A DNA stretch of 63,043 nt, filler included, from Hyphochytrium catenoides (GCA_900088475.1; 17 parts of 17 records of this genome joined end to end with filler, not necessarily neighbours in it), one strand, 5' to 3'; counted from the whole stretch's first letter, positions 36,060 through 49,845 are shown. Numbers and translations: made by a program. The notes: a model not told the origin generated them from the letters alone.

Positions 36060-37600
36060 TGGTCAGTGATGGAGGTTGCTATTCTCTTGCTAAGCTCCTC
36101 CTCCTGTCCTCTTGTTCCAGCGATTATCCTTCAAGTCATTCTCATTATCGACTTTCACTCAGCAGGAGTTCTTCTGCCGGCCCTGCTGCTCGTCACTCCC
36201 GCATCTCCTTGTACTACAAGTACGCGTTTTAATACCCCTGCCTGCGTCGTCACCATCATTGGTCTGTGTAATCTCGCTTCTTCATCCTTCATCATCCTCC
36301 TCCTTCTGACTCCGTCATCTTCTTTGCGGCGCTAATAAATCCAGTTCTTTTGTCACCTGCCGTGGCGCATCCTCCGTTTCTTCCGTGTGTCTCTTTTTAT
36401 ACAGTCTTCCTATTCTCTCCTCTACTCATGTCAATATCACTCGCTCTTTCCCAACGTCTACCCTTCCTTTATGCTCTTTGACGCCAGTTTTGCTCTTCGG
36501 CGACCTGTTCCTTTCAAAATTCAGTTTTTCTGGTCCCTCCTGTCGAAGTCACACGTATACCTCACATCATATCTGACTCTTTTTCATCTCTCCTACTCTT
36601 TGATCTGTCGCCTTCTCTCGTTTACTCCTTCGGACCGTCCCTGTCATTTGTTACTTGCACCACCTATTCCGTTCACCTTGATACAACTTCTTCGCTTCCG
36701 CCTTTCTCTCTTTGTTCCCCACGCGTTTTTTTTTTAATTTCTTTCCTCTCTATCCCCTCTATAATTCTCACTTCCATGCTCCCATATTTCTTCCTCTTTT
36801 GTACTGTCTCAAACTGCTATTTCGTCTCGCTCTATTTTCTCCTTCTTATTATTAGTCTTTTTGTTCTCTCTCTTCTTTGCCAACCCCCTTTCATGTCTCC
36901 GCGAATGCAAAGACTAGTAGAAGTCACTGGAGAAAGGAGACGAAAGGAAGACTGTATACCCTTTCCGGTTATAAGAGACGCTTTCAGCTGTCTGTGGAGT
37001 AAGCGGTGGGCTAGACCACTTGCCAGATTACCTAATTCGTGCCTCACAACCCGCTTTCGCGGACGGTACGATAGGGAATCTTTCTCGGATGTACTGCTCC
37101 CCTTATTCTGAGAAGTCTAGACTTAAACCTAACTCATCCTGCTTTCCTCGGCATCTCACTCGATTCCTCATTTCCCTCTCTCTCCCACCCTTTCCAAGAT
37201 TTTTTATTTCTCGTCCTCATTTCTTCCTGCCTGGAAGTTCCGTTCTTATTACTCTTTGCCTCTTCCTTACTTTATGGGTAGGTTTTCTTTCTCTTGCCTT
37301 CTTGCACACTTATTCTCTCCTATCATTGCCGTTGTTTTCCTTCCCTCAGCTGGCCTCCTCCTTTTCGAGGCAGTTTTTGCTCCTTTCTTCGTCAGTGGTT
37401 CCCAATCGACGCCCATTTCTGCGGTGACTTCGTCCTCTTCTGTCTGCAACTTCACTTTCCTCTCTTCGTCTTCTTCCTTCTCCTTCTACTGTTTATGTCT
37501 TTTTGTCCCATTAGAGTTAGCCCCTCAATTATGCTCTCGCTGTTGTCTCTCCATATTCCTTTTCCTAGGCAAAAGCATCTCCCATTAATTATCCTTTTTC
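36060..37600 (-). pseudogene. Possible heavily decayed retroelement (purine-rich strand, eroded zinc-knuckle-like KCARRQEKENLPIK)
   Basis: Strong strand purine bias and many stops; motif resemblance is weak. Confidence 0.2.
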
Positions 37601-39575
37601 CATCCAGCTGCTGTTCGCTGCTTGTGTAAACTCGTACCTCAGCTTTGACACGGATTGCAACAGCGCGGCTGCGTGTAAGTGTAGTATGTAAGAAGAGTGA
37701 GTCAATGGGTTTAGCTAAGTCTTCGCTNNNNNNNNNNNNNNNNNNNNNNNNNNNNNNNNNNNNNNNNNNNNTTAATTAATTAANNNNNNNNNNNNNNNNN
37801 NNNNNNNNNNNNNNNNNNNNNNNNNNNTCTCTCTCTCTCTCTCTCTCTCTCTTTTCTGCCCCTTGTCTCCTGCTCCCATGCCTCTAAGAGCCGTTTCATC
37901 TCGCCTCTCTTTGCTGACCCTTCTATCCAGATTTGTAGCTTGACTCGAATGCTTTTCTATTCAAAGCGTCCCCTGAGAAAAGGCTCTAGAATTTTTTGTC
38001 CGTTACTCAAAAGTCTTCTGGTGGTTTGGTCAATTGATTTTATTTTCGGGTTGGCTATGGCTTTTTCGGCCTGTGCGCTTGCTCTTTCTTCTCTTTCTCT
38101 CTCTGTCTTCTTCCTTTTCTCTCTCTCTCGAGTCATCCGTTACTCATTTCTGCCTTCTTCTCTTCTCCTTTGCTGTCTCTTCTCTCCTCTCCTCTCCTCT
38201 TTTCCGCTCCCTCCCTCCTTCTTTCTGCCTGCTTGTCCTTCTTATATATGCTCCATTGTAACCTGTCCGTTTCTTCCCTGTACTCTAAGTAGCAGAATGG
38301 GAAAGATACAATGTAGGTCGCATCATCAATGACGAGGGGCGAGAGGACGAGCTCTTGCTGTTCGCTATCGTCCTTCTGTACGAATGGCGGACGATAGGGA
38401 TGGGCGAAAGAGGCAGAGGCCAAGGGGCCCGTCCAGGAGCAGGCTGCATTTTCTTGTTGCTCCATCCTCCTTCATCTTCACGCCGCATCCTACTATTCCC
38501 TTCATCCAGTAGCCTGAATTGGCTCATCGGCTTTAAGCGTGTGCCGCTCATCGTCGGAGGTCAGCATCATCATCACCCCATGACATGAGTACTCAGCTTT
38601 ATCGCCGCCTATGGCAGCACCGCAAATAGCGCAAACAGTCACACGATAGCAGTCATCATCACTATCATCACACCATCACACCATATCATTTTTTTGCGGA
38701 CAAACGAAGGTCTGATGATATAAGCAATAGGGCTCCCTTCCTTCATCGCTCGAGTCCACATCCACTAGTAGTCCGCTTGGTGTGCTGGTGGTAGCTGCCA
38801 TTTTAAAGTATCCGCTATACCTTTTTTTGCCGTACCGTGCCGCTACCGTCTTCAATGAAAGCTAGAAGGAGAAAATTTCAGAAGCAGTGCGTGATATTCC
38901 TCCTGCTATGAGAGGAGTCGAGTCGGACGCCTGCCTAGTGCTCGTCCAAGAAGAAGAGGAAGAGTGCAATCGAACGTCCGCTTAGTGACGCTGGCTCACT
39001 ATCATGCGGCAGCAACGCCACTCCATAGTAGTGAAGTAGTAGTAGTGAACTTCTTCCTCCAGTAATGAAGTCGGTTTGACGGGGGCGGAGAGCAGAAGGT
39101 CATCAACGGCCAAGAAATCACCGTGATCACCTCTAGTTATTATCTGCCAAAGTTTATGGCATAGACAACAAAGACAGGAATAGACGACGATGAGGTGAAG
39201 AGGCCCCTCGATGAGTGTACTGGGGATGACACGGGGTTCCGACAACGTCGTCGAAAAGGCATGGGCCCAAAGAAGAGCGATCGACGAACGCCTCTACTCA
39301 GAAGAAGAGCGTCAGTAGTACTCGTTCCAGAGGTTGCTGCAGCCAACAGTCAGCAATAAGAACCTTTGCTCAGACACTGACTCCAGAGGGTGGCATCATT
39401 ATTAAGAAGATGAACACTTTTTGAAAGAAGTAAGAAGAAAAGGCAGAAGCCGTCGTGCCACGTAGAAGAAGGATGNNNNNNNNNNNNNNNNNNNNNNNNN
39501 NNNNNNNNNNNNNNNNNNNTTAATTAATTAANNNNNNNNNNNNNNNNNNNNNNNNNNNNNNNNNNNNNNNNNNNN

Positions 39576-42500
39576 ATAGGCAACGCTAGCCCAGCCTTCC
39601 ATAGAGGTGAGCTCATACAGCGATCCTATGGCCAGGAGAATGTTGTCGAAGCGCTGAGGAACCACCGGGACCCACTCTGTCTCGATGTCCCTTTCTCTCA
39701 GATCTTCTTCTTCTCCCTCCAGTCTCTTTCTCTCTCTCTCTTCCCTGCTAAAGCACAGACAGACTTCTCTTGAGGTGGGCCGGAGAGAGGAAGAGAGACG
39801 ACTACTAGCGGCAATCGCGACCGAGGAGGAAGAGACCGAGGATGAGAACTCACAGGAGCTAGCCCAAGAGAGATACCAGCTCCGCGTAGACTCATCTTCT
39901 ATCTCCTGCACGCTCCTAGGAAACGACATAAAGTCATAGGCTTGCAAGTCCGAGAGAGAGAAAGAGAGAGAAATTGAGGAAGCGTTCCTCTCTTTCTCTC
40001 CACCATCATTCTGCTCTTGCTGAGTGTGAGCTAGAAAGGAAGGAGAGACCCAAGGAGGAAGAATGTCTCTCTCATGAAAGATCTCTGCATAATTGCTGGG
40101 GTTCCACGTGCAAGAGTTAAAGGCGCCCTTGAAGAACATCACGGAGACAATTCCAAAGAGAGAGAGAACAAAGAGAAAGAAGAGAAGCGTCTGCAAGATG
40201 GCAGGCACGCAGCGGAAGAGAGTATTGACTACCAGCTTTAGCTGCGGCATCTTGTTGATCACTCTCAACGGACGAAGAGCGCGAAGAGAACGGAGAGAGC
40301 GAAGAGAAGAAGAGAGAGAGTGTAACATGCCCGTCTTTCTCCCAGCACCCTGTGCCTCTAAGCCGAGAGAGAGGAGAGACACGAGCACCACGAGAAAGTC
40401 TAAAACTTTCCATCCGTCTCTCAGATAAGTTCCTTCTCCTAGTAGAAAGCCAAACGCGATAACATTGACCAGCATCTCGAGAGAGAAGAGAACAGCAAGG
40501 AAGAGGTTGCTCCAGTCTATTACTCTCCCGAGGAGAGAGAAAGGATCCAATAGAGGAGAGTCAAGGGCGATAATGGCGCAAGAGTAGGCGATAAGGAGAG
40601 AGACAACTGTCTCCCACTCTTTTCTTCCTACTAAGAAGAGACACACTCTCCGTATGCGACTCTGTGGAGAGAAGAGAAAGAGACTTCTTCCCTTGACTCT
40701 GACTCTCCTCCTTACCCTCGGTGTCTGCCCTCCATTCTCTTCTGCGTTGGCGTGATCATACTGCAGACAAGAAGAAGAAGAGGTTTCTTCTGCGAGAGAG
40801 AGCGAGGACGTCGTCCACTGCACTTTCCCTTTCCTCTCTCCTCCTTCCTGCTGCCGCTCATGGGAGAGAAACTCTCTCATGGTAGAAGGGAGGAGAGGAT
40901 GTCGGACAAGACGGCGAAGAGTCTTCTTCACAATCCTGTCTCTAAACTCAGTCAGGGCTGAGGAGGGAGAGGAGGAAGAAGGAGACGAGATCTCTTTCTT
41001 CTTCTCCGATCCTTCTCCCACCTCTTTCCTCTTCTTTTTCGTCTCTTTATTGTCTCTTTCCTCGCCTTCTCTCTTCTCCTTTCTCTCTCCTTTCCCCTCT
41101 TCTCTCCTCTCGTCCTCGGCCGTGCAGTTCTGCACGAGAATGGCTGAGAACATATTCATCACGATCCAGACGCCAAAGACGATAAGGCTGACAAAGTAGA
41201 CGGGAGCTGCCCACCCTACGGCCAGCCAGGCTTGGAAGAGAAGAGAGGGAAAATCATCATATGTCAAGACTTGAAAGACAGAGAAGAAAGAGAGAGAGAG
41301 AGAGTCAAAGTTTGAACGGAGGCGTCGGACTCCAAGTTCAGTGCTATTAAAAGGTACTGGTCGGCCATCCGCTGCGAACTGAAGCTTCGTTGCGAAGAGC
41401 TGCAAAAAGAAGAAAAGAGGAAAGAGAGAAAGTAAGAGGGAGGTAGCGAGTGAGGGAGGGGAAGAGCGTGAGAGAGAGAGAGAGAGAAGGAGAGAGAGAA
41501 AGAGCAAGAACAAGATGATTAGGGAGGACCGATTCTGGAGACGCAAAGGCAGCCAGGAGACAAAGGATCGCGATGCAGAACAAGAGGGAAGAAATGCGAG
41601 GCTAATCATGAGGAGAGAAGAAGGCCAGATAAGAGAAGGAGAGAAAAGTAAGAAGACAAGAAAAGAAAGAAGAAGAAAAACAAACAGAAGGAGAGAAAGG
41701 ACAAGAGCTTACCTCCATCCCAATCAGTGCAAAGATATAGACAAACAGCACGAGAAAGAAGAGAAAGTTCACGATCTCCCTCAACGATCTTGCGATGGCG
41801 TCCAGCAGTCTTCGGAGAGAGCTCCAGTTCCGCGCCACCTTGAAGAGACGAACAGCACGAAGCGCACCGATTGAGCCGACGACTCTCTCCTTTTTCTCTC
41901 CCTTGTCTCCCTCGTTGAAGATGACGAAAGAAGAAGAATAGAGAGAAAGCTCTAGCATGCCCATGAGGACTGTGAGCGCGTCCAAGCGGTTGAATTTATC
42001 TCTGGACCAAAGTGAGAGAGAGAGAGAGTGATTGAGGTATTGAAGTTGGGGAGAAAGAGGGAGAAAGAGAGAGACGAGAAAGAGATATGGGAAGAGAGAA
42101 AGAGAGAGAGAGCAACGTTAATGGAAATCTTATAGGTGATAATGTCCATGGCAGGTCCGTATAGTCAGGACAGAAAGAGAGATCATTGAAATGAGAGAAC
42201 TTAACGATGGCCGCATGGGTAACAGCTCGTCTCTCTTTTTTTCTCTTTCTCTCTTCGTCTCTCTGTCTCTCTTTATCTTTTTCTGTCTTTCCCTGCGGTC
42301 TTTCCTCTGTTTTTTCTCTTCTCTTTCTCTGTTCTAAGAAAGTTCCACTGCTTACCTCCAATATCTTCTAAATCCCAGTCCTAACATCTTGACCACCATC
42401 TCAACGGCAAAGAGAAGCAGGAAGACGAGATTGACAATCTCTATCTGTTTCTCCGTCTCTCTCTCCATCGGGTGATGATCAACAGCGAGCACGAGGACAG

Positions 42501-43790
42501 AAGAGACAGTGAGGAGGAAAGAGAAAGTGCGGAAGACAAATGACTTGACGTACACCTTCATCCTAAGCCGAAGAGAAGAGAAGAGAAAAGAGAAGAGAGC
42601 TCGGAGCGAAGAGAGACTTCTGGGCGTCGTGTTGGTGACTCCTCTACTATCCCTATTCCGCAGAAGCTCATCCACAGAATCTTGTGAGCGTGCAGCTAGT
42701 AAAGTTCTCCGTTGTCGCTCTCTTTCTTCTGCTTCCCTGCGTGTTTGGAGGTCGTTCAGATGGGAGAGGAGGGGAAAGAACAAGGATAGAGAGAGAGAGA
42801 AGAAGAAGAAGGGGAAGTAAGAAGAGTATATTGGAAAAGAAGGACAGAGAGAAGAAAGATAGCCGAATTAGGAGGAAGAGTAGAGAGAGCCGAAATAGAG
42901 GAAAGTGGCAATTAGAGAACGAGTAAGAGAGAAAGGGATAATAAGGACGAAAGAAATAGGGAGAGAGAGACAGAGAGAGAGAGACAGAAGATAGGAACCA
43001 CACTAACAAAGGGATACTATAGGAGAAGGAGGAGATTCATCCATGAGCTAAGGAAGAGCGATGACAGCAAGAGGAGAAGCGAAGAAGGTGGAGGAGAAGC
43101 GAAGAAGGTGGAGGAGGAGCACCGTCTCAGCAGCAGGGAAGACAAGGAAGGACGAAGAAAGGAAACAGAGAGAAAGAGAGAGAATACTTTTTCTCCTTCA
43201 GGTCCAATGCTAAGGCTTCCAGTCGAAGCTGCGTCTCTTTCGCTTTCTCGAACTCATTGAAGATGACGGCCATGTTCAGCTGGAGGAGGAAGCACATCCC
43301 CACGAACATTAACATTGAGAAGTAGATGCCGGAGATGACCTGTGAATAGGCGTCCTGGGACTAACAGAGAGAGGAGGGAAGAAACAAGGAGAGAGAGAGA
43401 GAAATAAGAGAGAGAGTAAGCAGGAATGAGAGTGTGTGGATGAACGGTGGCGGGGAGAGATCCAGGAAGAAGATCAGTCATTCGGTTGCGGGATGAATGA
43501 GTGGTTAGGTAACTCGTGTTCACAGATTGATCTAGAGAACAAAAAAGAAGAGATAGAAAAGGAATTGTCTGCAAGATGATATGATAGGCGGCAGCGAGAG
43601 AGAGAGAGAGAGAGAGTGAGAAGGTAGGCTTAGGTAATAAGAACGTAGAGACACACCAAGAAGAGGGACGGAAGGTCTCTCTCTCACTTCCCCGTTTTTT
43701 GTCTGCACATCACAGCCATTCTAGTAATTTCTTCCTTCGCTTCTGGTTACCTGCTCCTTCTTCCTCTTCTTTCTACGTTCTGCCTCTCTT

Positions 43791-43822
<32 letters not shown>

Positions 43823-45058
43823 GCTCTCACTCTCACTCTCTTTATTTCTTTCTTTCTCCCTGTCTCTCACTCTCTCTCTTTCTTGCTCAGTTGCCTTACA
43901 TTTTGCGTCAAAGCCATCCACCCCGAGGCGGTCACCACTTGCAGGACAATCACCAGCGCACTTGCGACGTCATCAAAGGAAGAGAAGCCGAAGTTCAGCT
44001 CGGGCAGAAAGTCTCCCTCTCTCATAATGTCAAAGTCCAAAGTGCCGACAAGTCTCTTTTCTCTCTCCTTCGCCTCCTTGTCCCGCTGCTGCTGTCCACT
44101 TTCTCCCTCTTCTGCTAAGTAAACGTTAAGGAAGCGAGGATTCCCCTGCATATCATAATTTGACCCGCAGGTTCTTCCCCTCTCGCAGGCTCGTCCTGAT
44201 GAAGGAAAGAGCCCACAGAGCCGTTTATCGCTGTGATCTATCGGCCAAAAGCAGGGAAGTGGTTTCTCCCAGATTTCGTCCACTTCCATGAGTCTCTCTT
44301 TCTCCTCTTCTCTCTCGTCTTCTTGTCCTCCTTCTTCTGTCTCCTCTCTTCTTGTTCTACAGCGGTACCTCTCTGGATTCTCCATCACCATTTCTATGTA
44401 GCTTTGGTTGGGATAGAGACCAGGAGAAGAGGCGTTGAGAGGAGAGAAGTTGAGAAGAACAGGGAAAGGAGTGAGTCGACACCGTCCGTGATATGCGCCT
44501 CTCCATAGTTCCATGCCCAAGATGGCAAAGACAGAGTAGCTGAAGATGAGAAGAATGGAGACATTGAAGAGAGAGGGAAGAGCGGAGAGCAGGCAATTGA
44601 CCAGTACTCGAAGTCCTGTTTGATGTCACAGCGGGCCCAGGAGAGAGAAGGAAAGAGGGGATCGAGCCATAAAGATCAATAGCCAACAACAGAGAGGAGA
44701 TAGAAGATAGATACAAGGAGAGGGTGGAGGCGAGAAGGAAAGAAGAGGTAAGAAGAGAGAGGAAGCAAGGGTAAAAACCGAGGAGGAGACAAAAGGGAGA
44801 AGGAGAAGAGCCAAGGAGAGAGAAGTGGATAGACGGTGTTAGTCTACAGCCACAGAACAAAGACTAAAGAACGTCTAACGAGGGGATGTCGGCTGTAAAA
44901 AAACATGAGGAGGGATCCTAGACAAGAGAAGAATCAAATGGAAGAGATTAACCAACAATTTCTCGATAGTGAAGAAGTTACCGAGATCAGACGCAGAGAG
45001 TCTTGAAGCAATGATCACGAACTGCTACTGAATAATGGAAAGACACGGGCGGAAGAAT

Positions 45059-45110
<52 letters not shown>

Positions 45111-45907
45111 AAGAGAGAGAGAATGACGCCCACTTCAAGAGAGGAGCAAATACAGAAAAAAAGGAGGGTGACAAGGATAATAGAGAGGAGATGTGTACCC
45201 GGAAATGTCGTGAGCGTCCTGAGCGGTCGGAGGACCTTCAGCACACGGATCAAGCTGATGGTACCAGACCCGCTGAACACGGAGAGAACACTGGTGGGAG
45301 AGCAGGAAGTGGAGAGGGGGAACGCAGGCAAAGAGTCGAGTTCAGTGTAGCCCTCAACCATGAGGGACAGGGACAGTGGCAGCAGCCGCAGAAGATAGGT
45401 TATATAACAGAGAGGAGCCTTCGAAGGTAGACAGAGAGAAAAGCATTTAGGACGGCAGAAGGATAGAAGAGAAAAACAGCACAAGACGACGGAACAGAGA
45501 GGCGGTCCATCCCTTACAAAGAGAGAGGAGGAAGTAAGGGAAAGAGACGTCTAAAGAGAAGTGCCCTTACCCAGCCACAACGACCAGAAAGTCCAGTCTG
45601 TTCCAGCTATCACTCAGATAAGTTGTCTCTCCCCATACAAAGCCCAGCGCCAGGATCTTCACTGCTGCTTCTGCTATAGAAATGAAGAGAAAGATGCTGC
45701 TTGTCCTCTCCACTAGGATATTTCTGGGCTTCATAGGGTTGGGACCTGTCTCCCATGGATCTGAATAGTCCAGTAAGCCAAGGACGAGAGTGTTTGCAAG
45801 GACAGTAAAGAGAATGAACCGCTCGAACCAAAGAGAGAGAAGAACCTTCAGGAGGAACTTTCTCAGGGGATGCTCGATGTGTAAGATGCCTAAGGAGTAC
45901 TCCTGGT
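39576..45907 (-). CDS. Four-domain voltage-gated Ca2+/Na+ channel alpha subunit, domains I-III (3'-truncated; 5' exons uncertain)
   Basis: S4 segments IRVLKVLRPLRTL, LRAVRLFKVAR, LRSLRALRPLRVI; YLSDSWNRLDF and YLRDGWKVLDF; pore helices FDD..LQVVT, FDS..FQVLT, FDN..YELTS; S6 LNMAVI and MNMFSAIL. Confidence 0.93.
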
Positions 45908-47653
45908 ACTGCAGAAACAGCGAGACGTATGAAGAAGTCAGTAGAGAAAGAGACAAAGAAGCTTGGCGAGAGAGTCGAAATGCATGAGAGAATAGCTCGT
46001 ACGCATGCAAATGCTTGAACATCAGGCCGAAGAGCCAGAGAATGGGACAAGAGAGCAATAGGGAAGGAGAAAGAGAGAGAATGAGACAGAGATGTACACA
46101 GAGCGACGAACAGACAGACACGAGGGAGAGAGAGATCTCAGGAAGGGAGAGGATAGAGAAGAGAAGCAAAAGAGAGTCTCTATCCACACAGCAGCGTATC
46201 AGATCTCTTAGCCATGTTATACCTCGAGTAGCTTCCTATAGCTGGAGCTTCGATAGAGTGGCTTGGGTGCCAGCTGCGGGGAGATGGAAGAAAGCTTCCT
46301 GCTGAAGAAGCGGCTTTGCATGATGGTGATGGATTCTGGTGAAGAAGAACACTTCCTTCCACACTGAAAACGCTAGAAAGAGAGACTCTCTGTGCAGTCG
46401 GATAACGAGTAGGGACGTCAGACAAAAGAGAGCTTTTGTGTAGGAGAGAACAGCTAGTGAGAACGACAGGTAGACTCTCCATATACTAGAGCGGGCCAGA
46501 TGCCAAGCCATGAAAAGAGAAGGGAAGGGTTGAGGCTTGAGAGACAGAGACAGAATGTGCAAAAACAGAAGAGCGAGCGAGAGAGAACCGCAGAAAAAGA
46601 GGGAGGGAGGGAGAGAGAATAATTCCGTACATACTGCTTAGGACTCCCTCGCCGTCTGTTAGACGGTCCTATTCAAGCTAGTAAGAGAGAACTATCATGC
46701 GATAGCCTCATCTTTTGGTGGTGTGAGGAGCCAGCACAAGAGAAGAGAGAGAGAGTGAACAAGGAGACGAATGTAGCTGTTGAAGGCATTGTCCTCCTTC
46801 TCGTGATGACCGTAGTCGTTCCTGTCCTCAGATGGAAGAGTGACGGAGTCAGGTAGCTACCCTCCCTCTCTCTTCATACTTTGCCATTGTTCTTTAGACT
46901 AAAAGGAGTGGATTCGGAGGATCAGAGCATCTCTCCTCTCTAGATAATCTCGCGCTGCAGTGGTGCATGTTCTCATCGTCCTGAGGTTCTTTTGGCTCCG
47001 ATTGGCAAACTTCAATAGAGAAATCTCTCTTCGGGAGACAGCAACCGCGAAGCTATCGGGGATAACAAAGCTCCACGCAGCGACGTAGTTACTTCCTTGA
47101 TTGCCAATGCATCCCTTGTGACGCAAGCTCAAGTGCCGTCCTCCCTCCTGCCATGTCTTTAGCCGTCACACATTGATAGGGCCAACGTCATCGTCATAGG
47201 TTCCCCCGTTCCCCCCCGCAGAGAGCTTTGTCCTTATCGATGGCTGTCTGAGGCGACAGTAGAAATAGGAGAGTTCTCTCCTGTTCTTCCTTTCGCTTTG
47301 CTCTTCGCTGTCTCCTCTCCTGTCCTGTTCTTCCTCCTACGAGTTGGGATCGTCTTGGTAGTTTCTCCTGCTGAGCTTATCAAAGGAGAAGAGATGGTAC
47401 CTTAGGAGGCCTGGGCGGCCTTGGGATGGAAAGATAGTGTAATGGGAAAAGGAGGCTCTCCTATGAGTTACCCTCCCTGTCTGGCTGGCTCGCTGTTTCT
47501 CTCTCTGATACCAACTCTCTCTCTCTCCTCTACGGGTCTCTCTCTCTCTCTCTNNNNNNNNNNNNNNNNNNNNNNNNNNNNNNNNNNNNNNNNNNNNTTA
47601 ATTAATTAANNNNNNNNNNNNNNNNNNNNNNNNNNNNNNNNNNNNNNNNNNNN

Positions 47654-47708
47654 CCTTCAACGGTCTAATGAGATAGCAATAGCCACCAACTGTTGGAGAT
47701 GCTCTTAA
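47654..47708 (+). mobile_element. End of a second PIF/Harbinger (Tourist-like) element
   Basis: TGTTGGAGATGCTCT + TAA; reverse complement AGAGCATCTCCAACA is the classic PIF/Tourist TIR with TAA/TTA target. Confidence 0.65.
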
Positions 47709-49845
47709 AAGTAAAAGATGAAGAAAGAAGAAGAAGGAGAAGAAGAAGCAGAAGAAGAAAAGAAGAGCTAAGAAGCCTTAATTAGGCTCTTCCATCTTTT
47801 ACCTCTTCTTTTATTACTTCTTAGTAGTTATTAGTAGTACCTAAAAAAACCTAATAAAAAGCTTCAGCTCCTGAAAATGCCTTCCTTTCTCACATCATTG
47901 GAGAGGAGGATGAACTCTCCGCTTCTTCGATGGCCCCACAGCAGCCGCTTCTGGTCAATGGCCGTCCCTTGGAGGCCGGGTGAAGTCCTGCTACTTTCTT
48001 CTTTCCTTCTGTGTTTGGCCTGCTCCTATAATTCTTTGTAGTTTCTCTTTTTAGTCTTCTTATTATGTAGGATAGTACATATTTGCATCTCTTCGTGTTC
48101 TTTGAACGGTAGTCGACTTCATCCTCTTTACTAGTTTCTTGATAATGAAAAGATCCTTTAGAAAGCCAAGAATAGATGGGCTATAAATAAGACTTAAGAA
48201 GCTTTAGAAGACTGCTGACTATGAAAGCCAAAGAAAATCGACAGGAAAAAGCTGATGAGAGCTTTTTTCCCTCCTTTTTATGGGGTGCTTCTTATGGTGG
48301 AGCAATCTTTATAAGAGACGGTAGACGAGGCCCATGCAGAGAGAGAGAAGAGAAAAGGAGAAGGAAGCGTCATCCTGCCTGTGAATGAAGAGGACTCAGC
48401 AGCCGGCGCGAGAGAAGGGTCCAGGAAGAGGGCGGAGAAAGAGAAGAACAGACATCGGAGAGGAGCGGAAGAAGAGGTACCAGAAAAGAGGAGCAGGTTG
48501 TGGTCTGACAATCGGCCGAGGACCAGGATGATTCTCCAGCCCAGAAGCGTGGCAAGCTGCGGCAGATTGACTGTCTTCAAAGTCAGGATATGCCCACAGC
48601 TACGGAAGCAGATTTGACGGCCCCGTTGGGCGAGGACCGACAGGCAGGAGGACAACAGGTGGAGGATCCAGATCGATCATTTTGCAGAGTTATACAATGT
48701 TCGACTGCCTTAGACGATGAGCGCATGTGTAGAAGGAATGGAAGGTCTTGAGAGAGAGAGAGGGTGAAGCGGGCACAGGTGGCGTCACCCTGGGGCGCCG
48801 CAGGCGGGGGCTCGACACTACAGACCACTAACATCGGATTGGGGCTCTATGTAGGTCGGGGCGGTCTGGGACGGCAGGATGACCTTGCCCAGCCGACGCA
48901 GGCTCTAATATGGTATCCGTAGGAGTGGGAGAGGAAGCAGCAGGCAGTGGAGACGGGTAGCTTTGGTGCAACTACAAGACGAGGGGAATGAAAGAAGATG
49001 AGGAAGAAGCCGAAGACGTAGGAGGAGAGGGAGGGCCACTGGATGAGGCGGCAGCAGGAGTTTCACTACCATGTGGGACTTGGAGACGGTAGGCAGGAGA
49101 ACCCATGGAGACTTGAGCGGCGAGTAAGGGTGGCTTGACAAGTCTCCATCGTGACGAGACACGGAGAGCAGCTTCAGAGGAGAGTGGTGCCATGGGAGTG
49201 GGCGGCCGGAACCTTGAGCTTGCGGAACAGCCTGGCCTAGTGGGGCCAAGTATTTCTTGCTTGAGAGAGAGAGCCCCGCACTAACCCTCTCCCGATAGTT
49301 GAAGCCCAGATAATGGATTCTTCTCCAGGACAGTCAGCGCAGGCCAGAAGGCCCTTGGTCGTCTCCATCGCGGGGGCGGAAGTGAGCAGTGAGCGATGGC
49401 CGGAGATAGATGGCGAGAGAGGCAGCGAGAGGAAGAAAGATTCTCATTCAGAGCTCAGAGCTTGAGTCAGATTAGATGATTACTACTAGAACTGATCTCT
49501 TAAACTTTGGGATAAATTGATATTTTGTACGGAGATTGAAACTTACTCAGTAAACGCCATTTAGCTTTGAGAGCAATGTGCGGGCCCTGCATTTGATTTT
49601 TAGTGCGCACTAATAGTCCTTTCATCCTCCCCTTGTCATCAACCTCAAGCGATCGGGACATCTGGATCTTCACTTCTTCCCTGATGGGCACGGCTGACGC
49701 TGCTCCAGGCTCCATGAGAGCTGATCAGCAGAGCTCAGATGGAGACGCAGGGCTGGATGCAGGTGACTGAGTGAAGACAAGAAGCTCTATAAACAGAGGC
49801 TGGCCACGAGAAGCACCAGGGTCTCGCTGGTAGTTGGGATGAGCT

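Noticed and set aside
36385-38332. Numerous Leu/Ser/Phe-rich or Arg/Glu-rich ORFs in the ORF track
   Set aside because: By-products of CT/GA low-complexity sequence lacking stops, or antisense shadows of real genes
43071-43113. Short tandem duplications (20-mer here; others at ~22291-22350 and ~60766-60802; ~25-nt direct repeat at 4251/4378)
   Set aside because: Only two copies each with no spacer array; ordinary slippage products, not CRISPR
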